A DNA stretch of 64,000 nt from Sphaerodactylus townsendi (GCF_021028975.2 NC_059437.1:35402001-35466000); one strand, 5' to 3'; shown: positions 51,246 through 62,935, counted from the first letter of the stretch. Notes: generated by a model not told the origin, from the letters alone. Made by a program: numbers and translations.

Positions 51246-53635
51246 GTGTTACCGCGGGGTAACGAGTTAAGAGAATTAAACCCAAAAAGCTCAAGCCGAC
51301 AAGGAATAAAATCAAAGAGATATTTTATTCAGACCAACAAATGGGCAAGCTAGTATCAGAGGAGCCACACAAAATGGATGCAGTTTCTTATTTTTATAGG
51401 TTACATCAGAACAGCATTTGTTACCTATTGGGCTTGGGAAGGTTCTTCTAACCTAACTCTGTGCCTGTGGGGGTGGGGGGGCATCCAACTCAGGTTTTGC
51501 CCAGGGCTACAGTTGCCTCGTTACGCCCACCGCCCAGAGCCCTACGGAGGTGAGCGGTATATTACATTGAATAAATAAATAAATATTTCCACAGATTGCT
51601 GTACAAGTGGCTGGCTAATGCTTCAAAATCAGGAGTACAGATTGCCACTACCATATAAAAACATGTGATGGCAGCAGAGAGCAAGTGGCCCTTTAAGTAA
51701 ATAGGATTTCACCCACGAAGATGGGGATAGGTTCATAAGCCTGCATGCTAACTGAAGTCTCAAAATTTTCTGCTGCAGCTACTAGATGAGGTCCGGCTGC
51801 TCTAGAAAATCTTGTCAATTGGGGTCCTAAGTGACTGTGCTCTGACCTTTATTATACCCATCTTTGTTGTCATCAGAAGGGCTTTGTAAGACAGCTGGTG
51901 TTATTTTAATATGCTTCCAATTCAGTCCTAAGCAGATTTTCATTCTAAAACCATCTCAGTCGCTGTCAATTATCAGTGGACTGAGGGAACTCCAGCCCTA
52001 GACAGCCATCTTGTCTGATGACCTCACCACTTCTCCTGAGGAACTTTTTCAGTGTAATAGTGAGGCTAGCAGTGGCCACAGCAGCACCAGCAGAACTATG
52101 TTGTCCTAACACTTTTTCAGGTCCCCAAACACTTTCATCTCCAGGCCTCAGGATGTACCTGACAATCTCCTTTCAAGACTGGGTCCATGTCTCAAACTAC
52201 CCTGACTCCAGGTATGTATATTAGGGCATTAAAAAAGATTCCACAGCCCATTCCCTTAAAGAGTTAATTGCTTCAGTTGCATTGGGGGGGATATTTTCAG
52301 GATGGTAGTATGATTGCCACTGGCATAAATGTACATTACAAAGTCTATACTTTCTCCTCAGCAGATGATATCTTTGGAGGAGAGTCTTACAAAGAGTCCT
52401 TTTCAAATCAGGACTCATGGGCCACCTGAAAACCCAGCCATTAAGTGTACTATGATTCTCTATTTGAATGCATCTGGATTGTGTTATCTATATAGGAAAA
52501 ATATGCCTTACATGGAGCTGCCTTTGAAAGTAGTCCAGAAGTTTCAGTTGGTACAAAATGCTGTGGCAATATTGCAGAGAGTTTTAGACCACCTGCTTGG
52601 TCCCATATTTAACTCCCTGGTATCTCCAGCTAAAACGACCAGGTAGTCGGTGATATGAAAGACCTGAGACCCTAGAGAGCCGCTGTCAGTCTAAATATAT
52701 AATACTGATTTGATAGACCAATGGCAAATTTATATGTTCAGTATCGCTGACCATTTCAAGTTATGGGCAGCCCAATACAGAGCCCTGGGTGACTGAGGAT
52801 AGCGCTGTCCTGCTGCTTCCAGAGGGCTTTCAGGCAGTGCAGGGAGGGAGGGGGAAAAAGCCACCACCAGAAAGCCCTCAATAAGTCAATGGACTTATGC
52901 CACCCAAAAAGCCAAGGATGCTGTGCATCTGGCCCTAGACCTTGGGTGGAAGTTGACTAACCTCCGCAATGTCCCCACTGCACTGCCAAGACTGGCGGTG
53001 GGTGAGGGAGTGCTTGATGCAGCGTGTCTGGGCATTTGGAGGGGGATTTGCTCTCCACTGGGGTAAGTACCCTGGGGAGGGCAAATCTTTCAGCACAAGG
53101 CCACACCGCCTCTGCAACACGATTCAGCCCCCCTCCTTCTGGATTAGGCAGTATTTATTTATTGCTATTAAGTTAAAGCTGACATGATGATCCCATAGGT
53201 TTTTCAAGGCAAGAGAGGTTGGGAGATTGTTTGCCACTGTCTGCCTCTGGGCCACAACACTGGCATTCCTTGGAGGTCTTCTGTCCAAATAGTAGTGTGT
53301 GTGATTAGCCCAAGGTCATCCAGCAAGCTTTTGTGGCGTGAGTGTGGATTTGAACCTATATTTCCTTGGTCCTAGTTTGACACCTTATCCACTACACCAC
53401 ACTGGTTCTTGGCTCAAGTTACAAGGAACTCATATTCATATTTCTTCAAACTGGATACCAGGCTGCTTCTGGTCCCAATTCAAAATGCTGGTTATTCTCT
53501 AAAAAGTCCTAATTGTCCTTGGATCAGGGTATGTAAAGGACTGGCTGTTGTGCAGGGCTGTCTGCCAGCTGAAGTCATCTTGACCTGACTCCTAATGCTC
53601 CTTCCTTTTAAAATGAGGTGTAGCACTCAAGGTCA

Positions 53636-53930
53636 GGAGCAGCAGTGGGGGAGTGGTTAAGAGCAGGTGCATTCTAATCTGGATGAACCGGGTTTGATTG
53701 CCCACTCTGCCGCTAGAGCTGTGGAGGCTTATCTGGGGAATTCAGACTAGCCTGTGCACTCCCACACACGCCAGCTGGGCTGGTCACAGCTTTCCCAAGG
53801 TCTCTCAGCCCCACCCACCTCACAGGGTGTTTGTTGTGAGGGGGGAAAGGGCAAGGAGATTGTAAGCCCCCTTGAGTCTCCTACAGGAGAGAAAGGGGGA
53901 TATAAATACAAACTCTTCTTCTTTTCTTCT
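53636..53930 (+). mobile_element. tRNA-derived SINE (Squam3-like), near full length
   Basis: GTGGTTAAGAGC...CCGGGTTTGATT head, conserved body, (CTT)n tail. Confidence 0.8.
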
Positions 53931-55034
53931 TGTGTCTCTGTGGACTCAATATACCACCTTAGACTGCAAGTGGAGAATCATGGTGACATTGTATTTTGGG
54001 ATGGCTCAGTATGAGAAACATTCTCTGCAGCAAGACACCCAGCATATCAACAAGTCTGGGGCAGAACTTTTCCCTCTGATCTAGTTTTCTCTTTGTCGTG
54101 AAATTTTTATGCAAAGAAACATTCACATCCGAAATCTCCTATCTGTAGTCTGAATTGTTGCACTTAATTTTCTGCCACCTCATTCATCTACATTTGTGAA
54201 GCAGGGCTGAGGTGCATTTTAAGCCGATCTATTTCAACGTTTAGACAGTCTGACTCTACACGGGAAAAATGCATGTCCTTTTGAGTTTAATAGAGATTAC
54301 TTCCAGGTAAATACATATAGTTTTGCAGCCTTAGGCATGATTAAAACCTCCTGATTTCAGCAGGATTTGAGGTCTCAATCCCTTTCTTGGGAACAAGTCC
54401 CAGTGAGCACAATAGGATTTATTTTCAGTAAACATGCCTAACTGCACAAAGGCAACAGTTCCTACAGTCATGGTTCCTGCACGGTGATTTCAGACTTTCC
54501 CACAAAGCATCTGGAGACAGAGAAAACATAGAATAAATGACAAATTCCAGCAGGATAGCTATGTTGTTCTGTTGCAACAAAGGCAAGGAAGTGGCATGTT
54601 GGAATCTGATCGATAGTGACATAAACATTTATGTTGCAGAGCCCACTTCATATGATGCATAAAGGATTATCTTCTGTTGGCAGAGGTGTTTCCCCACCTG
54701 TTTACAGAGGGGAAAAATTGTGAAGTGGGATTAAGGGGAACAAGCATAGCCTATGCAAAGCTCAAGTGTATAGAAGAAAGGCAGAATAAACCTTCATAAC
54801 AGCGGTAACTAGTGATTACCAAGCTTCCAATAATTGCCATACTAATTTAACACCTGTAGCAGGAGAGGTGTATTATGAATATAACAAAGGCGGAAAGACT
54901 GTGTCATCACCAATTACTACGGCTGCAAAGGCAGGAAGGAATCTCGTGATATATTCAAGACCAGCAGTCTTTCACGGACTAGGTGCCTCCTCATCAGATG
55001 TATAACATGTATCCTCAATTGGCGTATAATTCCA

Positions 55035-55250
55035 GGTAAGGAGTCATGGTTAGTCGTGTAGCAGCAAAATAAAACAGGAATCCAGCAGCACTTCAGAGAC
55101 TTATGTGTATTTGTGCATGAACTTTTCTGAGTCTGGGCTCATTTCATCAGACGCATGATGTATACATATGATGCTCATTCACACACACAAATCATGCTGG
55201 ATTAAATTTGGTAAATCATCGAGGGACTTCTAGAGTTCTGTTTCGTTCTG
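55035..55250. mobile_element. Decayed Penelope-like terminal repeat immediately upstream of the SRSF9 promoter
   Basis: GGTTAGTCGTGTAGCAGCAAAATAAAACAGGAATCCAGCAGCACTTCAGAGACT...TTCATCAGA pattern; similar more decayed pieces near 41110-41240, 42985-43145 and 54630-54660. Confidence 0.5.
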
Positions 55251-56050
55251 CCAATCAGAGCCCCGCTCAGGAAACGTCCGCTTCCCGGCCTGTGGTTTTG
55301 GCTGAGCACGCGCCACTGCGCATGCGCGTTGCACAGGGGCGGGATTAATTTTTTGTCTTCTTGTAGCGTGTTTTCCAGCGCGCGCCGGGTCTTTTTCCGC
55401 CTCCCCTTTAAGTGGCTTTTTTTTTGTCCTCCGTCAGGTACCGAAGCCTGAGGGGGGGGCGGCGAAGGTGGTGACCGAATTTACTCTCCGTCGGCTGCGG
55501 AGGAGCTGAGGGGGCGCCGAGAGCGTGAGGGGGCGACGACGAGAGCTGCGATAGCGGCGGCATGTCTGGGGGCTGGGGCCGGGATATGATGGACTATGGC
55601 GGCGGCGGCGCCGGGATGTCCGGGGGCGGCCGGGGCGGGGGCGGCGCGGGCGATGGCCGCATCTACGTGGGCAACTTGCCGGCCGACGTGCGCGAGAAAG
55701 ACTTGGAGGATCTTTTCTACAAATACGGCCGCATCCGGGACATCGAGCTGAAGAGCAAGCGCGGCCTGGCGCCCTTCGCCTTCGTACGCTTCGAGGATCC
55801 GCGGTGGGTGAGAGGGAGGCGGGGCCGGGTGGGGATCTCGACCGGGTGCCCCCCCTCAACGCGAAAGGAACAGAATAACTGCCCAGCTTCTCCCGCCCTC
55901 CGAGGATCTGGAGGCCGCTGCCTGCCCCCGAGTCTCCGCTTCGCGCGCCCCCCTCCCCTTTCCCGCCTTTTACGAGACAAATCTCCTCTCCCCCCCCCCC
56001 CTTCTGAGGAGAAATGTGGGGCTGAGTGGGAGCAACACAGCTTCGGGCGT
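55250..56050 (+). promoter_or_regulatory. SRSF9 CpG island/promoter
   Basis: CCAAT at 55251, NRF1 motif TGCGCATGCGC 55317-55327, GC box GGGGCGGG near 55336, dense CpG through exon 1. Confidence 0.7.
55562..55803 (+). CDS. SRSF9: Serine/arginine-rich splicing factor 9 (SRp30c), first coding exon (N-terminal part of RRM1); the rest of the gene lies beyond the window
   Basis: [34 protein letters not shown]...[11 protein letters not shown] followed by donor CG|GTGGGT (phase 2); synteny next to DYNLL1; exon 2 (DAEDA..YGRNGYDYG) not found before 64000. Confidence 0.93.
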
Positions 56051-56371
56051 GCAGGAGAAATAGGGAGGCAAGCAAGACTTTTGGGATGCCTCTGCAAGTA
56101 GAAAACCAGACAAAAAGCCTGTGAGGGGAATTTTTCTCTCTGCTATGCCAGATTTTTATGAGCAGGGAGTTTCGTGCAGAGCTCTGAACCTGCGCATTCT
56201 GAAGCAGTGAAACCCAGTCTAAGAGCCATCTTCCCTGACCACGTGAATTAGGCCTACTATTTACAAATAACACTTAGCTGGTATATCTGGCTCTATAATG
56301 TTTGAAAAGTGGTGCCGTTTTGTAATCCTTGCAGCGGCCCTTTTAGAGTAGGCTGGCACGACCATAACTTC

Positions 56372-56588
56372 CCAGTTATTAGACATGAAGCTGCTTTGTG
56401 CTGAATCAGACCATTGGTCCATCATGGTCAGTATTTTCTGCTCAGACTGGTAGCAGCTCTCCGGGGTTTCAAGTAGAGGTCTTTCACGCTGTCCTACTAC
56501 CTGGTCCTTAACTGGCGATTCTGGGGTTTGATCCTGAAATCCTCTGCACACCAGGCAGATGGCTGGCCTAATGAGCCTTGACCCCTCT
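56372..56588 (-). mobile_element. tRNA-headed SINE with a CR1-like tail
   Basis: CTGAATCAGACCATTGGTCCATC tail and decayed tRNA-like head; related plus-strand pieces at ~8500-8660 and ~52620-52740. Confidence 0.55.
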
Positions 56589-57155
56589 TCATATCCTTAA
56601 AAATTCAGGTCACCTTATTGGAGTTAATGAATAAAGTATGATAAAAAGGTGGGGGTAGCACAGAATGAAAAAGAAAAAAATTGCACAGCTGGCTAATTGG
56701 TCACAACAGACCATGATTTCTAACAATATGCAAAAACATAGAATCCAAAGTAAAGTTGTATTAGAACCACACTGACCTTATGGGTCTTAGTTAAGCAATA
56801 AAAACAAATATATCTATTTCAAACAACAAACAAACATTTATCCCGTTAAAGAGTTCAATCTGGACACATATAACGTTCTATGAGGAGAAACCAAATAATC
56901 ACATATTTTAAAAATCTCAACCTGTACAGAAAATACACCATTTATGAAAATAGAATTTCTCATATCATATAGTATTTTCACAAAATAAAACATCAAGCTC
57001 ATACATTAGAAATTAATGGTCTGGTGTGACTAATTAACCAGCTGTCCAGTTCTCTGACCTTATTGAAATTAAGCAGATCTGGGTTTAGAAAAGACCTATA
57101 TAAGAAGATGCCATGGAGACCCTCTCCCCTCATGAGTGCTTCCTTGAGTTCCATG

Positions 57156-57291
57156 CAGTGGTGGGATCCAGCAGGTTAGCACCACTTCAGCAGAACCGGT
57201 TGTTAAAATGGTGCTTGTAAACAACCAGTTGTTAAATTATCTGAATCCCACCACCAGAACCGGTTGTTAAATTATTTAAATCCCACCACTG
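57156..57291. mobile_element. Short hAT MITE with an internal duplication (same TIR family as 11211-11600)
   Basis: TIR CAGTGGTGGGAT / ATCCCACCACTG; perfect TSD GTTCCATG (57148-57155, 57292-57299). Confidence 0.88.
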
Positions 57292-57732
57292 GTTCCATGA
57301 TGAGAAAAAGTATGATATGACCAGAAAAAATAGGAAATGTTAGTTGGCTACTGTGTGAAGCAGAATGCTGGAATACTTGGACACTAATCCAGTCCAGCCA
57401 CTGCTTTTCTTATGTTCATATAAAATAATCGGGTGAGGCTGAAAGAACAGTAGCTTGCCTAAGACTATCTGATGTGTTCATGGCAGAGGTGAGAGGTGAA
57501 CTAGAGGCTTCCTCATCTGGGGTACCTATTATACTACACCAACTTTCAGGTGTGTATATGGCATGGAAGATCACATCTTTGCTACTCTGCCCAGTTTGTT
57601 GGTTCTATATACAAACCATTTCTTATAAACCATTAAATAGAGCTGAGTGCTAAAGGATCTGTACCAAACAAAAAAACCATTTGCCTATCTTTTCTCCTTC
57701 CTCCACCACTCAAAAAAATGTTCTTGAGACTA

Positions 57733-57993
57733 ATGTATTGTCAAAGGCTTTCACGGCCAGATTCAACTGGTTCTGGAGGGTTTTCCGGGCTGTGTGGCCG
57801 TGGTCTGGTGGATTTTGTTCCTAACGTTTCGCCTGCATCTGTGGCTGGCATCTTCAGAGGTGTATCACAGAGAAAAATCTGTTTCTCACTGTGTCACCTC
57901 TGTGATACACCTCTGTACACAGATGCAGGCGAAACGTTAGGAACAAAATCCACCAGGCCACGGCCACACAGCCCGGAAAACCCTCCAGAACCA
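57733..57993. mobile_element. Penelope-like element terminal inverted repeat carrying hammerhead ribozyme motifs
   Basis: Long inverted repeat (CTGGTTCTGGAGGGTTTTCCGGGCTGTGTGGCCGTGG ... CCACGGCCACACAGCCCGGAAAACCCTCCAGAACCAG); 13-bp direct repeat GTTCTTGAGACTA at 57720-57732 and 57994-58006. Confidence 0.8.
57820..57860 (-). ncRNA. Minimal type I hammerhead ribozyme motif (Penelope-associated)
   Basis: Minus strand reads CCU-CUGAAGA-U-GCC..GGC-GAAAC-GUU-AGG: conserved CUGAnGA and GAAA cores, stem II, palindromic mini stem III, GUU cleavage triplet and CCU/AGG stem I. Confidence 0.65.
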
Positions 57994-58044
57994 GTTCTTG
58001 AGACTAGTTGTAGAGATATGTTGTTTTCACGTACAGTGAACAAC

Positions 58045-58256
58045 CATGCCGTCACCTGGACAGCCCAAGCTATCATGATCTCCTCAAATTCCAGAAGTGA
58101 AGCAGGGTTGGTCCAGGCAAGTATTTGGATGGGAGACCTCCAAGGAATACCAAGGTGATGGTACAGAGGCAGGCAGTGGCAAACCACCTCTGAACATCTC
58201 TTGTTTTGAAAACCTCACTGGGGTCGCCATAAGTCAGATGTGACTTGACAGCAAAA
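58045..58256 (+). mobile_element. 5S rRNA-derived SINE with an RTE/Bov-B-type tail (5S-Sauria-like)
   Basis: GAAGCAGGGTTGGTCCAGGCAAGTATTTGGATGGGAGACC resembles 5S rRNA boxes A/C; tail GGCAAACCACCTCTGAACATCTCTTG...GGGTCGCCATAAGTCAG; partial minus-strand copy at ~53175-53300. Confidence 0.75.
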
Positions 58257-59309
58257 ATGATATCCATCAATACTTCAAAATACATTCTCTTCTGCAATTT
58301 ACTTTTGAGTATCTGTTATATTTTGCTAGGGACAGGGGCCACACCAACCTCATTCTGTTTTTTGTTCTTCCCTGAAAAACTGAAAAGTCATTCCTGGATG
58401 TGGGTGGGAGGGAGGAATTGCTTGAACATTTCCCTCCCACAGCTCAAATTTAAACTCTGTTAATCCAAACAGGATTCTTTCTTTCTCATTCTGAATGAAT
58501 CTTGGATGAGGATGGGATAATGTTTTTTGTAAATTTTCTACCCCATTGTTTTGGAGTATTTTTATAATGTCAGTATTCTTCACGTTGGATAATATACATA
58601 CTCAAGTTTAAAAGAGACTCAATTCCTGGGGACTTCTCTTTAAAACAAAAAGGCAATTATGTAATATGCTATTATTTTTGAGGTGGATAAGTTGGCACAT
58701 TTTCTCTTTCTGTATCTGTTGAGGGAAAGGGCCTCATAAAAGATAACAGGTTATCATGTATCTAGTATTTTTCTCAACCAGGATGTGATGAACCATGCTT
58801 TAATGAAACCACTTAGCCAAATGGAAAGTGAGGTGAGAAGCCAGCTTCCTGTGCCACAGCCACCTTAGAAGTGATTGGGCAGAAAAAGTATAAAAGGCAA
58901 ATTATTGTATGGGCCATCTATTAATATTTTACAGCTGGAACTCAAGGTACAATGCGAATTCCTTCTACCAGTTTTAGCCTAATTACTAATTATAAAATTT
59001 TTTAGAGTGCTGTAAATCCTTTCTTAATCCGGCAGTTATACAGTCCTTTGTTGGAAGAAAGTATCCAAGTTTATTAAATTTGATTTTGTTTCTTCTGCTT
59101 CTGTAGCAAAGAACTGCCATGCCTGTATGTGTTCAATTTGCTTTATAAATCTGTGCTATGTTAATCTAGTCTTATCACTGCTGGATTTTTAATAATATTA
59201 GTCATTTTCTTCCAGTATTAAATTCTAGGCAATAAGTCCAGTATGATTTTACCCAGTATCATCACACCATTGTCTGACTGCAACTGAAAGACTGCAGACC
59301 TTGAATTCT

Positions 59310-62300
59310 TTTTTTTCCTTTTTGTGTATTAAAACTTTTTAAAAGACAAATAAAAACAGCGAATAAGAATATATACCAAAACCATGCTATAAGAGGGAAA
59401 GGGAGGGCTCCTAATTTCCTCTGCGCTAAATATAAATACAGTTTAAAAATTACCACCTGATTCCTAGTTACAATTTTGAAATTATAGTTCAGTTAATTAT
59501 TAACACTAGTTCTTCTATTTTCTTATTCTTCTAAGTCCTCAAATCTACAAATTATAAGTTCATTATTTTTCTGATTGAGCATTTGTATATTACTTTTTTG
59601 AACATTTATATATTACTCTTTTAAATCTTCTGGATTATTGAATCCAATTTTTTTTAGCTTTAATACAAAATGTACCATAAATGGTAAAACAATCCTTCAT
59701 GATGATTACATTTCCAATATACATTTGGAACATTTTATACATTTTTGCTAATTTCTCTGGTGACAAATATCAATCATACATCATTTTATAGAAATTCTCT
59801 TTGAGATTGGACTTTATGTAAATTTAAGACCCCGTGACCACATATTCTCCCATTGATCCATTTCTATATTATACACAAAGTTACTGGTCCATTTTATCAT
59901 ATTGTCTTTCACCTGAGCTTCCTCTGTTTCAAATTTGAGCAGAAACTTGTACATTTTGGCAATAACATGCTCATAATTCATACATAGTTCTGCTTCTAAT
60001 TCAGTTTTAGAATATTCAAAACCATGAGATCTTTTATGTGCTTTGAATATTTCTAATAATTATGCATTAAAAACGACAGGTATGTCCTACTCAATCTTCA
60101 ATTGATTGCATTTTCATTCTTGAGAAGAATCTATTATATGTTAACTACCTGTTTTGAATATCATTTCTTATCTATCCAGGGCTTCTTATAATGAGAGCCA
60201 TAAACATGTTTTCTGAGAACCAGCTTATATTTGTCCTTTATTCTCAGAATGGAACATTTAATATAATGGCATGTTTAATGTAAATCCTTATTAACTTTAA
60301 TTGTTCCATTCCATAAAAAGGCATGCCATACGATTCATATGCCATGTTCCTCTAGTACCAGCAATCTTTTATTTCTCAACAGAATCCATTCTTTCTACCA
60401 AACGAAACAACAAACAGCAAATTTTAATTCCAGAACTGGTAAACCTAATCCTCCCCCTGCCTTTACATCTAGAACAAATATATTTAGTCTGAGGTTTGCC
60501 AAACAAACTTTGATTATCTTTTGCCACTGTTTAACTGGACTATCAGTTGCTAACATAGGTATTATTTGAAACAAAAATAACAATCTGAATAAAACATTTA
60601 TCTTAGTCACAGAAATTCTTCTCAGCAAAGAAGTTTGTTGCACCTTGACAAATCTTTTTTTACTTCATTCCATGTTTTGACATAATTATTTTGAAATAAC
60701 ACAGTTCATATTTGTCAATACTCAGATATTTCACCTTTTTTTCAACCTAAATCCCGTTTTGCTCATCAGCTCTATTTGATATTGTAATTCCATAATTTCA
60801 TTAAAACCATTGTTTTCTGTTTATTAATTATAAAACCTGCTAGTGCACCAAATTCTTTCAGTTTCAATATATTCAACTCCCTTTAACAGGTTTTCCAATA
60901 CCAGCACCAAGTCATCTGCAAAGGCTCTTAATTTATAGATCTTTCTTAATTTTGATACCCTCAATCCTCTCATAATGTCTTAAATATCTAGTCAATATTT
61001 TAAGAACTAGAATAAAGAGGGGCAATAGTGTGCCACCTTGTCTTGTTTCTTTCTATATCTCACATTGTTTAGTTCAATTTTTAATAGTTATTTGTGCTGA
61101 CTGTGAAGTATAAAGCAATATCACCCATTTTATAAAATTCTTTCCAAACCATATTTTCTAAATCTTTCAAAAGACCAGTACAAATTGTCAAACACTTTCT
61201 CTGCATCTAGAATAATAAAGCATCTTGTTTTTCATTATGGCCGTTTCCGCATGGGCGGAATATGGTGGCTTGGGGACGGCAAAAATGCCGTCCCCAGGCC
61301 GCCATTCGCACAGGGGGCGCAGCTGCATCGCAGCCGCACCACCCGACCGGCACGAAGCCAGCGTTTCCGGAGTGCGCTGGGAAGCGCACTTTCCCGGGAA
61401 CGCCGGCTTGAAGCCGCTGCCGTGCGAACGGCAGCGGCTTCAAGGCGCCACCCCCCCACTCCCTCCGTGCACTTACCTTGTCCCCGGGCCTCCGGCGCGT
61501 CGCCGAGGCCTGGGGACATTCCCCCCTGCCCTGCGACGCTGGAGCAGGCGCGCAGGGCCGGGGGGCGTGTCCTCAGGCCTCGGCGACGTGCCGCAGGGCC
61601 GGGGACATGCCGGGTCGGCTGGGCGACGGCGCTCTGCGGCACTCGTCCCGGCTCTTTCTGGGACCGTCCATGCGGACGGTCCCAGCGTCGTCAGGTCGGC
61701 GCAAAATGCACCGACCCAGCCGCTTCCGCCTCCGTGCGGAAATGGCCCAAGTTTCTCCAAATATTCCAAGGCTAGCACTGAAGCCAACTGCATAAAAATA
61801 CAACGGACTGTAGAAAACTGAAACAGCATTGCTTGGTCATCCTATGTACCACATAATAAAGCACTGCCTCCATGTTATGGGATTATGTAACTTGATGTTG
61901 GGAGAGGAGAAATTCCATGTGAATGACTACATGCCTTTACAGACTTCTTACAAACTTTCCACAGGGAATCTGGCAGCTTCCTCCATTCTTCCCTCACATG
62001 CCCATCTTCCTACCCTTTCTCGCTCAATACCTTCTGGGGTTGTTATGCAGTTGGTCCTCCTGCTTGCCCTCCCCATTGCTATTTCTTGTTCTTGTGCTAT
62101 CGCCAGGGCTACTCTGCTTCCTCTTGGCGGCCCTTCTGCTGTTGCCTTCTCCCCTCACTGCCACAGTTGCTGCTGCTGCCTGTCCACTGTGGGATTCTAA
62201 CCTGTGCCCTCAACACCCAGCTGCTCAATAAGTCCATGGCCACCCAGCTGTTGCTGCCTCTTCATAGGGACTGTGGCTGCCCTATCCAAGGCCATGCCCC

Positions 62301-62935
62301 CCTCCCCCATCTGAGTCCCCCCCACTCACACAATTCTACAGTTGGCTGGAGAAGTGGCGCTGGTGCCTCCTGGCATCCTGACTTCTTGAGCCCTCCCCTA
62401 TGACATCCTCGCAAAGAAGTCTGGGAGTTGTAGTCCCATTGGCCCTTCTGTGTGGGAGAATTGGTGCCCCCTGGACTACATCTCTCAGACTCGTTATATA
62501 AGAAGTGAGTCGGTGCCAATATGGCTTGCTTTTTATATAGTAAGATATCTAATACACTTCTAACATTGTGCTCTAACTGTCTTTTAGGTAAAATCCATTT
62601 GTAATCCATAATTAGGCTCCAAATAATTAAAGGTTTTTGATATCCAGTTCAGTACCTTAGTTTCCTTGTTGTGACTGTTTTAGTCCTTGTTGATCTTGTT
62701 TTAAACTTTCCCAAGGTTTGTTTCATGGAACTTTCTTTTATATTTTTCAAGGGATTCTTGTGCCTTTTGGAGTGTATTCAATCTGGATCTGTGTTGTTTG
62801 AAAGTATATGCCCTCCAATTTTTCCCAACAAAACAATATTTTCCTGTTTTAATTATTTCTCTCAACTCCTGTAAAGCTAAATTATCCAGTTATCTTTCCA
62901 ATTGTTTATTTAAAACTTCTGCTTTATTATTAAAG
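59310..62935 (-). mobile_element. Decayed L1-clade LINE (ORF2 RT region and 3' part), antisense in SRSF9 intron 1, interrupted by other repeats; boundaries approximate
   Basis: Minus-strand motifs LDAEKVFDNL (~61180-61210), ETRQGGTLLPLLF (~61010-61050) and AFADDLVLVLEN (~60890-60925); A-rich coding strand; T-run at ~59308. Confidence 0.8.
61239..61747. mobile_element. GC/CpG-rich MITE (Harbinger-like TIR) nested inside L1 RT sequence
   Basis: TIR GGCCGTTTCCGCATGG / CCGTGCGGAAATGGCC; splits the L1 reading LEYLEK|HNEKQDALLFLDAEKVFD. Confidence 0.8.

Noticed and set aside
53636-53710. tRNA gene (also the heads of the other SINEs)
   Set aside because: A/B boxes only, no cloverleaf, continues into a SINE body
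55434-56273. 279-aa minus-strand ORF antisense to SRSF9 exon 1 (also 35658-36266 and the 50027-50527 ORFs)
   Set aside because: Arg/Pro/Gly-rich by-products of CpG islands with no recognisable domain
58045-58160. 5S rRNA gene
   Set aside because: Heavily diverged and fused to an RTE-type tail, so a SINE rather than a functional rRNA
61185-61829. Multiple overlapping 100-200 aa ORFs on both strands
   Set aside because: Stop-poor GC-rich palindromic MITE; same for 30396-31136 and 11200-11665
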